A stretch of 57,296 bases of DNA, counting the filler, from Sluysia triapertura (lineage: Eukaryota), in NCBI GenBank assembly GCA_046118255.1. It is 4 parts of 4 records of this genome, joined end to end, with 100 filler letters (N's around TTAATTAATTAA, not from the genome) between each part and the next. Parts side by side here need not be neighbours in the genome. Positions count along the whole stretch, not along the records: positions 1 to 15,264 come from JBJNIA010233231.1; positions 15,365 to 27,959 come from JBJNIA010096107.1; 2 more parts are not named here. One strand, 5' to 3'. Within the stretch, counting starts at the first letter, position 1, and every line of letters starts with the position of its first letter. The translations under genes were made by a program, and so were the position numbers. Under the pieces are notes generated by a model that saw only the letters and a program-made list of their open reading frames with translations, was not told the DNA's origin and did not search any database. Positions 12,870-24,237 of this stretch are shown here, in pieces.

Positions 12870-13108
12870 GCATTGATGCTCTCACTATGACCTTAATGTG
12901 CAGTACAAATGAGTTACAACTATTTGTTGTTTTAACATTAATTGCTTCAATATTATTTGGATCCTTATTATTTGTGGTCGAGATAAGTAATGAAAAAGGT
13001 ACAGATAAAGTTCAAAATATTTTTACAGGAATGTGGTGGGCTATAGTTACAATGTCAACTACTGGATATGGAGATATAGTACCTCAATCAGAAAGTGGAA
13101 TCATTGTT
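12870..13108 (+). pseudogene. Shaker-superfamily (Kv1-4 type) K+ channel S5-pore exon, truncated at the start of S6
   Basis: AG acceptor at 12868-12869; S5 ELQLFVVLTLIASILFGSLLFVVE; pore GMWWAIVTMSTTGYGDIVP. No S6 PVP segment follows. Confidence 0.85.
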
Positions 13109-13121
13109 GTTTTTCATGCAT

Positions 13122-14367
13122 CTTGGAAAATTTGATTTATTTGGTCCTGAAAAATTCAACTTTCCAACCAGATCTAACTATGAAATCCGTGCACTTATTG
13201 TGAATTGCAATGTCTAAATCTTGATTGCCTTGATACCTTATTCGAACAATATCCGGAATTTTCAGTCTTCCATCTCAGATGAATTGTCTTTCAATGTTTC
13301 TGAAATTCCTAAATCACATTACAATGATTTGAAAATAAATGATAATGAATTTATACAAGATCCTCCGGAATATATTTTTTTACTAGCAATATCAGAAAAA
13401 GAGGAAGACAACAAAAGTGACAATGATGATGTTATTGATAAATGTGATCTTGAAGCATTTAAAGACAATTACCAAGATAAAAATGAATTTATAAATATAA
13501 TTAATAAACCTTTTACGTCTACAGAAATTCGAAGGTAAGATTTATAACAATTTTTAATCAAAATCTATTTTAACTTCGTCAACTTTTACCTAATTTTTAT
13601 TTATAAATTAATGAATAAATTTATCATAAATTATTTCCAAATAATATAAATGAAAAAACGGTTTTTTATTAAGACAATCTTATCAAAATTCATGTCTCAA
13701 AAATTCGCTCAATTCTCGCCAGAAACATAGACCACGTAGTTCTTCACTACCTCTAAACAATCAATCAGATAAACAAATTATAGATACGCCATATTCGCCA
13801 ACTGTTATGCGTTTTTCAAATCAAATTAATCAATTATCATATTGTTCCAGTCAATTAAGTACACAAATAACAATAATGCAACGTTGTATTGATCAATTAT
13901 CTCGTGATGTGCGATATTTATATTCAGTTCTTCAATCAAATAATTCCCAGCAACATCGCCACAATTCAATTTCATCTTCATCATCATCTCTTTTTGGTCA
14001 ATCCCAATCACCATCTTCACCTCGAGTTACTTTCGACTTAAAACCACACGAAATTCAACCTTCGTTAATGATTCACGACGAAACAAATAACTTGAACAAT
14101 TGTAATAACAGACAAAATTCAGTAGACAGTATGATTAATTCTGAAAGTTCTCAGGAACACTGTTCATTCTCATTCAATATCTCTAATCTTCAAAGTCCAA
14201 AATTACATCGTAATAAAAAGATTGGAGAATTAAATTCTGCATCACAATTAAATAAAAAAAATAGTTCATTTAAACACAAAAATTCTTCAAAGATTGTTTA
14301 TAGTAATTTAAATAAACGTTCTAATTCATCTATAAATACTTCAAATAATGCTGAACAGATGTGCTGA
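13122..14367 (+). pseudogene. KCNH (ELK-like) channel C-terminal part: CNBHD end, linker and coiled coil
   Basis: LGKFDLFG..RSNYEIRAL / YCELQCLNLDCLDTLFEQYPEF / ISDELSFNVSE with two frameshifts. A GT-AG intron 13535-13673 joins in frame to the exon with the coiled coil LSTQITIMQRCIDQLSRDVRYLYSVLQ; stop at 14367. Confidence 0.75.
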
Positions 14368-15197
14368 ATGAAAGATTATTTTTATGTTTATTTTATAAAA
14401 TATATTAATACTGTTTTATTATTTAAATTTGGTGTTATACTTCGTAAATTTTTTATTACAAAAAATTAAAAAATTTTAGAAGTTAGGTTAAAAGAAAATG
14501 ACTCATGGACAAAATTAAATAGGAAGGTATCAAGTGGGTTAGGTGGTTTAATAGTTTTGATTTGTCTAAAAGAAGATCTTATTAACCATTGGTACAAAAA
14601 TATCAAAAAGATTTAAATAATATTAAATAGCGTTAAAGTTAAATATGTAAATTATCCAAATGTAAATACTGCTAAAGTAAGAGATAAATTTAAGTAATGT
14701 TAAAATTAGATATTTGATCCAGGTTCAGGTAAAACTAAGGATATTTATGTTAAAGATATATTTTAGATAAACATAACAATAAGCAGTCCAACTTTTGCCC
14801 AATATTGTCGAAATTCGATCGAAAAACATTTAGAGTATCATTTTTATGTTCAATTTATGAGAACAATATTTTGTTAACAAGTTTGTTGATGAAATATTTC
14901 TCTTCCTTAAACTTTTGACAAGTCTTATATTTTCCTTTGTTTTATAATTTGTAAAGGCTTTAAACGGAGTATGATAATTGTGATAACAAAAGACCTTAAG
15001 TCTTACTATGATCTGTTTCGATTAATTCTAATTTAATTAAAGGCTCTATGACAGTAAAATGGACGTAAGAGATTCAACTTATAAAATACATGATAAAAAC
15101 AATAATTATTTTGAATTTAATTATGATCTACAGAGGCCTCAAGCCTATTAACAATATTTTTACTACATTGGAAGGTTAAAACGGTTGTAGCACTGAC

Positions 15198-15260
<63 letters not shown>

Positions 15261-15264
15261 AATA

Positions 15265-15364
15265 NNNNNNNNNNNNNNNNNNNNNNNNNNNNNNNNNNNN
15301 NNNNNNNNTTAATTAATTAANNNNNNNNNNNNNNNNNNNNNNNNNNNNNNNNNNNNNNNNNNNN
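15265..15364. other. Artificial contig spacer
   Basis: 44 N + TTAATTAATTAA (stops in all six frames) + 44 N. Confidence 0.97.
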
Positions 15365-15985
15365 AGTCCATCTCAAACTTCCTTAAGGTCTCAAACCCTT
15401 ATATAGGTCTTTGGAACCTTAAGATATTCTTTAACTGTTAAAATTATTGTTTTCTCTTTCATAATTCTTATTTCAACAATGCTTATAATACTTCATCTAT
15501 TACTTCCAATTAATTATTCCTTCATTTGTAATGTCTCCTAATCCAAAGTTGGACAATCCCAACACTATTAGCCCCATCTAACAATTTTATTTTGTTATTA
15601 TACTTTAGATTTCCATCTCAACAGTACAATGCAAATCTCTATTCTTCAGGAAAATTTCGGTGCATAAGATTTTCCATGTTTATGTAGATGCTTAGACAAA
15701 CACTATTTTAAATCGTAAAAAATAAACTCTAAGAACGAAATGATAAAAACTTCACTGCCCACCAGTCAACGTACATTTCCTCAATAATAGTATCATCACA
15801 AAAAGTTCCCAACTTAATTACAGATCGAGGAAACCACGTAAAATAAGAATTTAATACATTATATTACAGAAATAATGTAAATGTGATATTGGAACCCTTT
15901 GTTTGAATGTTACATTTAATTGAATAACAAAATACTTCACTATTTTTATTAAATTTCAATCTTTGTATAAATGAATAAATATATA

Positions 15986-16053
<68 letters not shown>

Positions 16054-16063
16054 TTATATATTC

Positions 16064-17032
16064 TCATCTTCGATTCACGTGACCATTACAGAGATTTTGC
16101 TGCTGTTCAAAATCTTGGAAATTGCTTCTACTATTTCTAATTGCAGTATTCGGTGTCGCATTTGATATTAAAGGCCGTATACATATTGTATTTATAGAGT
16201 TATTAGTAGAACTATTGACATTGATAATTGGTATTCGAGTAGCAGATTGAGGTCGCTGTTGAAAGGTTTGTATTTTGATGGGCCGCACATGACAGTTCGT
16301 ATTTGTTGTTGTGGATACTATTCGTGGATTCTGTACAGACACTTGTGCCATACGCAGTGTCCCTTGTCGTATGTACTGAGAATTGTTTGGAAGTTGAAGG
16401 TGCGGTCTGTGCGGTGAATTCTGAATGTGATTAATTATACGAACAAAACGATCAGATTGTCCAGGCACATGTGGTAACGGATAAGTGAGATTTTGTGTAT
16501 AAACATTATTATTAAACTTTGGCGGTCCTTGAGACGACGAATTGGAAGATGATGCCGACGACCCGGAACCTAGATTCAGAGTCACATTACGTACGGGAAC
16601 TCTTTGAATTTCCCTCGTAATTAGTAATACTGGGTTAGTTTTACTGAAGAATTTGTTAGCCGAAAATAGTTTATGATCGCCTGACAACGTTTTAACAGGA
16701 ATCTTGAAATTTAAATTAGTATCTGAACTACAAAATGTATCGTTCTGATTGTTTTGATTGTTCTGACTCATTATAACAGGTGGGATATGATCGACTGAAA
16801 TGTTTGGTGGATGTGTTTGAATAACCGACACTGGATTTTGTTTAATAGGAGATCGAGTATTTGATTTTGGTTGAGGCTGTTGTTCACGAATACGTGAAAA
16901 ATTCGATTTGGCGCTATCTGAATGTGGATCAGAGTTCAATAATGGCTGATGTAGTTGACTAAAAGAATTTTCTGAATTGGACAATTTCGAATTCGACACT
17001 AATCGACGAGAGTTAACCAACAAATGATTGCT
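16064..17032 (-). CDS. Long terminal exon of an unknown low-complexity (S/N/Q/P-rich) protein
   Basis: About 320 open codons with higher GC than the flanks; plausible 43-nt GT-AG intron 17033-17075 upstream; no recognisable domain. Confidence 0.6.
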   Translation of the reverse strand, partial: SNHLLVNSRRLVSNSKLSNSENSFSQLHQPLLNSDPHSDSAKSNFSRIREQQPQPKSNTRSPIKQNPVSVIQTHPPNISVDHIPPVIMSQNNQNNQNDTFCSSDTNLNFKIPVKTLSGDHKLFSANKFFSKTNPVLLITREIQRVPVRNVTLNLGSGSSASSSNSSSQGPPKFNNNVYTQNLTYPLPHVPGQSDRFVRIINHIQNSPHRPHLQLPNNSQYIRQGTLRMAQVSVQNPRIVSTTTNTNCHVRPIKIQTFQQRPQSATRIPIINVNSSTNNSINTICIRPLISNATPNTAIRNSRSNFQDFEQQQNLCNGHVNRR

Positions 17033-17717
17033 CTAAAGAAATGAAAATTAGATATTTCAAAAAGCATTTATTTACATTTAATAAAATAAGAAGGAACTGC
17101 TTCAATATTTGAATTGTTCTTTCCATTTCTTTTATCTATTATCAGACGCGTGTAACTTAATTTTTGGCGCCACCAACGTAATAAAAATCATTAAGCCACT
17201 ATAAAAAGACTTCATAAGTAAAATAAACACCTTTTTAATAACAATGTATTTTTCTGTTTCTTATAAATTATATAAATTTAATATTATGAACAACAGTTCT
17301 AATTCTTTAGCAAAAATAAAGACATTAACAAAATTAAATTTTAATTTATATCTTTATATCAAAAATGCAATATTATGTCTGTTAATATATTTCAATTTTG
17401 TGAAATATTAATATTTTTTCAACACGTCGCTGTTATTTAATAACTGCTACTTCGCGATTGTGATAGCAGTGTGCTAACGTTATTTTTAATTAACAGCTAA
17501 AAAATAGCAGAATACCAAATAGCATAACATCTCTAGTGCACACATGCATAATTGCTTTATTTAAATACTCAAGTATATTTGCTTTGAAATTTTATTCTTG
17601 ATGATTATTCTACATCACGAACGTAAATTATGGAATTACTTGAATTGGTAAAAAACAACCAAAAATATTCAAAGAAAAAACAAAACTTTGTAAAATCTAA
17701 AAATTTTAAAATTTTTA

Positions 17718-17761
17718 GCGGCCCCATCCGGGGCTCGCCCCCTAGAGTTTGAGCATCTTTG
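17718..17761. mobile_element. hAT (Charlie-like) right-end remnant
   Basis: GC-rich cgccccc followed by gtttgagcatctttg and ATCTACAT, resembling Charlie-type GTTTGAGAACCACTG ends with an NTCTAGAN target. Confidence 0.35.
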
Positions 17762-17899
17762 ATCTACATCATTTTTTAATTACTTCTATTCAGAAATCAA
17801 AATTGTCGAATTCCAATAACTACGTTAAAGCAATAGTCAAAAGACCAACAATATAAATGATTCTTCAAAAATGAAAAGCTGATAAGGAAAGCAAAGTAC

Positions 17900-18700
17900 G
17901 CATTTCGGATATTAGTACTCGATATGTTGTGCCATCATCCACAAGACTCCCTGCAGCATGGACTGTCAAAAAATTCTAATAGAATTCTACGAGATATATA
18001 AAGCATACATTATCAGACATATTCAAAGATCGAAAGATCTAGAACCCTTCGGATGCGACTCCGATGAGAATCATCATGTATTAAAAGGCTATTTCTTGAC
18101 ACAATGCCTCTCATAGTCCAGGGTATTTTCGCCAGAAGCCGAGTTAGCCAAACATGCGGACATTATATCAGTCTGGAATAACAATCATCAACATTCTTTA
18201 TGTGCAGTGTATGATTCTGTGAGTCTGCTACGACAGGTAGAATCATTTGTATCGAAAGATCGAGATGGAAGTGTCGAATACCATTACTGTGTTCATTTGA
18301 GTCAAGAAACCACAATTAAACATTGGCGAAGATTGGTGTGGTGGTACAGCCTCTTAGATCACACGCATTATACTCATCCTAACCACAAACTATATACAAA
18401 TTTTATCACAAAACCACACTAAAATAAAAGTCATTGGTGATCCTTACACCATTACATCCTTTATCATTAACAAAGCACAGACGCACGACAAAATCTCTAA
18501 CATCTTATTAACATTTTGCTCATTAACATTTAAATAATGTTTATCATCATTTTGTCGTAACCACGACACCCTTCTCCTAGTGTATTTTATTTATGCACGA
18601 TCTTAATGTTTACATTCAAAACGTTGTTTTCCTATTTTAGTGTATATATCGTGTTTTGATCCAATTTATATGATTGCAATTCTGATTATATCATATTTGT
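17900..18700 (+). mobile_element. Ty3/gypsy integrase remnant followed by a 3' LTR-like segment starting at 18337
   Basis: HHPQDSLQHGLSKNSNRILRDI resembles integrase YHPQxNGxxERxNRxLK; then TGTGGTGG and an AC-rich tract. Confidence 0.45.
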
Positions 18701-19099
18701 AGCAAACTTGTTATTTTTCTCCGGTTTTGATTTCGTTAGCAGCTATATGATATGTTCTTCTCGTAAACATTATAAATTTAATGTAGGACGCAAACAAAAA
18801 CCATTTTGAATAAATATGAGAAATATTTTTAAATCATGAGTGCAACTTAATTTGGACTAGGTTTTATGCAAGAATGGTTCTTGTTTTCGTTCATAATTAT
18901 TGTTTGTTTTATAGTTTTAGATGCAATTGCAATTTTAATGTAATTGCTAAAGCTATATTGTATAACATAATTTATTAAACTAAATCATTAGCCAATATAA
19001 TTTCTTCAATTTTACTGATATTATATTTTAAAAATTCACTTTTGTTTATATGTTTCTTTTGTGCAAAAATTTTAAAAAGAAAAGGAAATTATACAAAAA

Positions 19100-20116
19100 A
19101 TGCCAAGTGTCACACCGAAATATAAAAAAATATCGAATCATTCGAAGAATCACAGAGACTTGATCACGAGTTCCGATGATAAATTACAATGTATGTTGTG
19201 TAAGAAAGTTGTAATGAAAGCGTTTATTGGAAATTCCACGTGTACATTCTGCTGTAACCGTTTATTTAAATATTCGAATGAAAATCGATATTGTCCTGGA
19301 CGAAATTCAAATTGTAAAACTTATGAAATGATTCTCGGAGAGACCGCCACGAAATTCGATAAAATCGATCGAGATATTTGGAATTCAATGACAAAATGTT
19401 CTAATACGGTTTGTGATTATCGCTGCAAGGTTGTAGACATCGTCGATCACGTGGATGTGTGTCATGCAATAAGATGTCCCTATAGCGATGTTGGATGCGA
19501 ATTTCAAAATAACGAATTAGATTCATCTAAGAAGCACTTTTCTGATAATTATTTTGAACACGGAGTACTGATGAAACAAGAAATAGAACGTTTTGAAGAA
19601 ATGATAAAAAGGGAAGACGAAATTAATTTTGTGAAAGATACCCATCAGAATGAATCGAAATATGTATTGGAAGAAATGAAAACTAATTTAACAAATTTTA
19701 AAGACGAAATGAAAAAAGAAAGGAGATCAATGATAACTAAAATGACAGAAATAAAATCGAATGTAAATAAAATTGAACAATTTTTATCATCGATACCGAA
19801 TAAAAATTTTGAATGGAAAATCGATGACGCATTTAAAAAAAGAGATGCAAAAAATAGAATTAATGAAATAATTCTGAGTTCTCCGTTTTATGCAGGATAT
19901 AACAGATATAAATTGAGATTGATAAAGTGTCCAAACGGTGATGGTGAGGGTAAATCGAAATATTTTAGTCTATTTATTCAAATAATGCGTGGCGAATATG
20001 ACAGATGTTTATCGAGTCCGTGCAGGGAGAAATTTACGATAGAAATTATCAATCAACAGACAAAAAGTTATATCAACCTGAAATTAATAATTATATTATT
20101 GTGTTCAGGTTGTTAG
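19100..20116 (+). CDS. TRAF-family protein with truncated MATH domain (possibly a pseudogene)
   Basis: Intronless 338-aa ORF: RING-like CMLC..CTFC..CP, TRAF zinc finger (CSNTVC..HVDVC..CPYSDVGC..H), coiled coil, MATH FEWKI..SSPFYAG..YKL..PNGDGEGKSKYFSLFIQIMRGEYD. The last MATH strands are missing. Confidence 0.85.
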   Translation: MPSVTPKYKKISNHSKNHRDLITSSDDKLQCMLCKKVVMKAFIGNSTCTFCCNRLFKYSNENRYCPGRNSNCKTYEMILGETATKFDKIDRDIWNSMTKCSNTVCDYRCKVVDIVDHVDVCHAIRCPYSDVGCEFQNNELDSSKKHFSDNYFEHGVLMKQEIERFEEMIKREDEINFVKDTHQNESKYVLEEMKTNLTNFKDEMKKERRSMITKMTEIKSNVNKIEQFLSSIPNKNFEWKIDDAFKKRDAKNRINEIILSSPFYAGYNRYKLRLIKCPNGDGEGKSKYFSLFIQIMRGEYDRCLSSPCREKFTIEIINQQTKSYINLKLIIILLCSGC

Positions 20117-20280
20117 TAACGTATGCAAGATGTACCAAGTTACTTTGTCAAACGTGTAACAACATATCGATGGCTCTAGCAACGATGGTCCCATCTCATA
20201 AATTATGTGAAATATGCTGGAATTACTGGAAACGTTACCGAAGTCTGACGAATCCCTCTGCTCAAGATAGACAAGTACAA
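20109..20280 (+). pseudogene. MTA-family GATA-like zinc-finger exon fragment
   Basis: AG acceptor at 20107-20108; LCQTC..KLCEICWNYWKRYRSLTNPS resembles MTA1 CESC..[20 protein letters not shown]. Confidence 0.7.
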
Positions 20281-21034
20281 GAAGAGTTTGATTTTAAAAT
20301 TAGTTCATTTTTGAGTATAATTATAACTATATTTTGCCTACATTTTAATGTGTACGTTATCTTTATTTTGTTAATCATAGTAAATTTAAATATAAGTGCC
20401 TTAAGCACATGATTTTTTAAGACCAATTATCATAATTATAATAAAAATTTTGATAAATTTTATTATTTCTTAAAATCATTTGGAGACTTAAAGCAATGTT
20501 TTTCATATAATAACCACAACAAATACTTAAAAACTATACTTATTATATTTCAATTATTATCATTATTATAATTTTATCATTTTTAATATTTTTATATTGT
20601 TTTTGTCGTAGTAATCATTATTTATTATCGAATTTATTGCATGTATAATAATTTTATTTTCCTTACATTTTTTCGCTTTAATAAAAATATTAGAAACTTT
20701 GTTTTCTTTTTACTATAATTGTATTAATAATAACTTTACGACTTAAATTTGAATATATTTTTCACCGTAAGGACGTAATTCCAATATCGTTTATAAAATA
20801 AAGAGAAATTAAAAAGGTTCTGGCAGTTATTATAGTGAGATTTAAAAATATAAGAAAAGATACGTTTCTATACCATTATTAGAAACCTGATTTTATACTA
20901 ATTCGAATATCTATTAAGTTAGTGTTGGTCTTAATTAGTTAATTGATTTAAGCGATGATTTTGCCCATTATTGTTAAGTTAAGGCAAGGAATATTTTTTG
21001 TACGAATTAATTTTCATAATTGCTTTCACGTAAT

Positions 21035-21079
21035 TTTACAGGTACGCCATTAGTAAGTCGTATACTGTAAACGGACTCA
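21035..21079 (+). ncRNA. Candidate structured motif, copy E
   Basis: TTTACAG-GTACG-[CCATTAGTAAGT]-CGTAT-A-CTGTAAA-C-GGACTCA; stems unrelated in sequence to the other copies but fully paired. Confidence 0.55.
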
Positions 21080-21959
21080 TAATAATTAATTATTTTGCTG
21101 TAGGTTAGGTTTTTAAATTAAGAAAAACACCCAGCAAAATTTAGTACATTCGAATCAATTGTATCAATGCGAGATCCTTTTGTAATGTTCATTTAATGAA
21201 TAACATTATAGATTATTACAAAATCAATAAATTATCCAGTGGAAGTTGATTCTAAGTATATACACAAAAATGTAATAATATACACAACCTTACAAAATAC
21301 CCAACTCAGGGCACAAATAATTTTATTTAACATTGAAATAAGAGTGAATTATGCACGTTGTTTATTTTCGGTTTCCACGGTTTTCTAAAGAACTTACACT
21401 ACGTGACTCATAATCAATACAGAATGAATAATCACAATACTTCTGATTGTATTTAGGTAAATACGAAATTCAGTTATTCTTTTTTTACAAATAAACATTG
21501 ATAAAAATAATAAATGAAAAAATGCAATTTGCATAAATTGAAAAGATACAATTATGAATATATTAATTACGATATGGGAGACAACAGTAGAAGACGCAAT
21601 AACATTTTAAATTACAATATTAAATTTTATATTATCGTTGCGTGAAACTAAATGTAAATGTTAATATAAGTATTGTTGTGTTGAATTTTTAATTGTTAAT
21701 AGTGTTTTCCATTTTTGTGTTATTTTCTTGATTTTTAATAATTATGTTTTGGGTTTGAGTTTTGTAAAAATTCTATAAAGATAAATTTTATTTCATAAAT
21801 TATTAATTATGTAATTAAGTCTAATGAATGGAATGATTGTTTATAAAAGGATTAGTAAAAATGAAATGCGTCACACAAAAGGAACAAGTTAAAATATCAT
21901 AGTGGAAATTGCGGGATTTATAAGTCTTTCGATTATAATTTTTTTCGATCCAATTCGTC

Positions 21960-23065
21960 AAAGATTGATACCCTCCAAACGTTCCATTTCAATTTCATTC
22001 AGTTTGCTGTAAAAAATTCTAAGTTATATTTAACAAGTTTTCTTTTTATTTAAAGAGTTAAAATAAACGTAAAATATCTACTCTTTTCAGTTACTTTAAC
22101 ACTAGCTTCAAAATCGCGTTTAAGCTATCATAATACTAAGCTTTGGTTTAATATTTAAATTTATTGTTATTACTTGAATATTAAACGTTTTTTTATACTT
22201 GGATGTTGTCATAATTATAACTGAATAACTAATAAATTTTTACTAATAGATCTTCGTATTTTTAATGACTTTTGTTATTTGAGAAATTAGATAATTATAG
22301 AAAACTCAGAAGATAATTATGATATTATTAATTTGAACTAATCAAAGTAAAATTATATGATCTTATTTAAAGATTTTAAAATGAAGAATTTTAAGCTATT
22401 TTGTAATTATCATTTGGACATAGCTAAAAAAGGTAGGATTCGACAGACTACATTGAACGTTACTGGTAATCAAGAGAGAATTATCATAATATACAGATGT
22501 AATCTTAAATTTATTCCCCTAATAGATCTAATTGTTTGAACTAAAACGAGCCTTATTCTTAATATCGAGACTTGCGCAATGATTAAACTAATGCGTATGT
22601 AATTGAAATTAGATTTAAAATTGATCACATGAACGAAGGACCGCCACAAATCCATAAAAAATTTTTAATTATGGTTAAATAAGATACGTAAAATTAAAGT
22701 TTTAATTTTAAAATTATGGATGATGAACATGAAACATATCTAACCCAAAAAATCCTTATTTCTAGAATTAAACTTATCGTAGTCTAATGTGACTTCTGTG
22801 GATTGATGCTTAACTATTTTCCCTGGTGCAGTTTCTTGATACTGATTGAAAAAAAATCCAATATCTTCGTTCTTAATTCCGTCAACATTCATCAAGTTTT
22901 TAGCTTGTAACTCTTCACTGTTTAAGATTGTATTAATTTTTCTATAACCAGCACAGCAAAGACTTGGAAACATAGAGCTGAAATCTGTCTTTATTATTTT
23001 CATATCATCATCTTCTTCATCAATATTACTTTCATTTGCATCATCAGACATTTCGTTTTCAGACT
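21960..23065 (-). pseudogene. BCCIP/Bcp1-like gene, partly decayed
   Basis: Acidic N-terminus then IIKTDFSSMFP..DIGFFFNQ; downstream FYGFVAVL and LITSNVQCSLSNPTF weakly recall BCCIP motifs (VFGFISLL, RFINVPPQIALPMY); in-frame stops downstream. Confidence 0.35.
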
Positions 23066-24237
23066 AAATATAAAAATCTTTAAGTAGATAGTTAAATTAA
23101 ATATTTAATATTAATAGCTTAAAAGTTGTGCTTAGAATTTCATTTACAATTTCGTAAATGACTGCATTGCCTTCCTAGTTTCAGATAATACTTACTGCAT
23201 GGCGTAAAGTATATTTTAACAGACTGTTTGCGTATTTAGAAGGACGACCGTGGTGGCTCAAACCCTAACCGACGATTTTATTATACGATAGACAAAATAT
23301 TACATCACGCGATATCATAAGTCACAAATCATCCTCCATATAAAATATAAAGAACAATAACTAATGATTTGTAATTATCAAAACCAAAATTCTAATTACG
23401 AATGACATATTACTTTGACAAAAATGTTGTTCGAAACAATATTGATTTAATTGAAGTCAAATACAATAATTGATAAAAGTAAAATAAATGATAAGAATAT
23501 AATCATATATCATGAATACTGAAATTGGAATAAATAATTAAAGAACAATTAAAATATTAGAGAAAATATCTAGTCCCTTAAAAATTAAAATGAAAAAGTG
23601 AAAAAAGAAATTTTTATGGATCTAAAAAATTAAATACGTGAGAATTTATTAAAATCCATTTTCATGTTATTTTTATCAGCGTTTATCAGCATTAAACTGA
23701 ATAAGTTTAGTTTTACTTCAAAAACAATGTAGACGTTTATTGAACAGTTTTACCCCATGCATGAAAATAAAAACTTCTAAAATGATTTCAAAAGTTGAAA
23801 CAGGCATCTTAACTGAAACTTACCATAACAGAAGTACCGTGATAGGTAATATAAGAAATTTTTCTCATTTTTTGCTTTACCTACATCGATAATTTGGGAT
23901 ATACCGTTTAAAAAATTTGCAAAAATTCAGACATATGTACGTATATGTAACTTCCACTGTATTTTTTCAATAGTTTTTTCGATTTTTGTAATATTTTTAA
24001 TTGTGATTACTATGGTCATTTTTGGCGTCGTTTATTTTTTTTCTTGTATACCACCATCTGAGCTTGCATTAGAAAAATTTTTTATAAAGCTCTAAATTAC
24101 TGAGTTTTGCTTATACATAAAAAATCATACATCTTTTTCGATTTGTTATGATTGATATTCTATTTATGCTTGATATTAAACTAAAACATATAATTTAAAA
24201 TTATGTTAAATTTTGACTTCAGAAATATCAAAATTAC

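Noticed and set aside
15309-15320. Recurrent TTAATTAATTAA palindrome (also 28004 and 44153)
   Set aside because: Identical N-flanked six-frame stop linker; an assembly artefact.
14470-15860. Gypsy pol traces (FDPGSGK; ITDRG), plus gag-like traces at 47280-47530 and 56400-56700
   Set aside because: Single short motifs only; plausible but unverifiable by eye.
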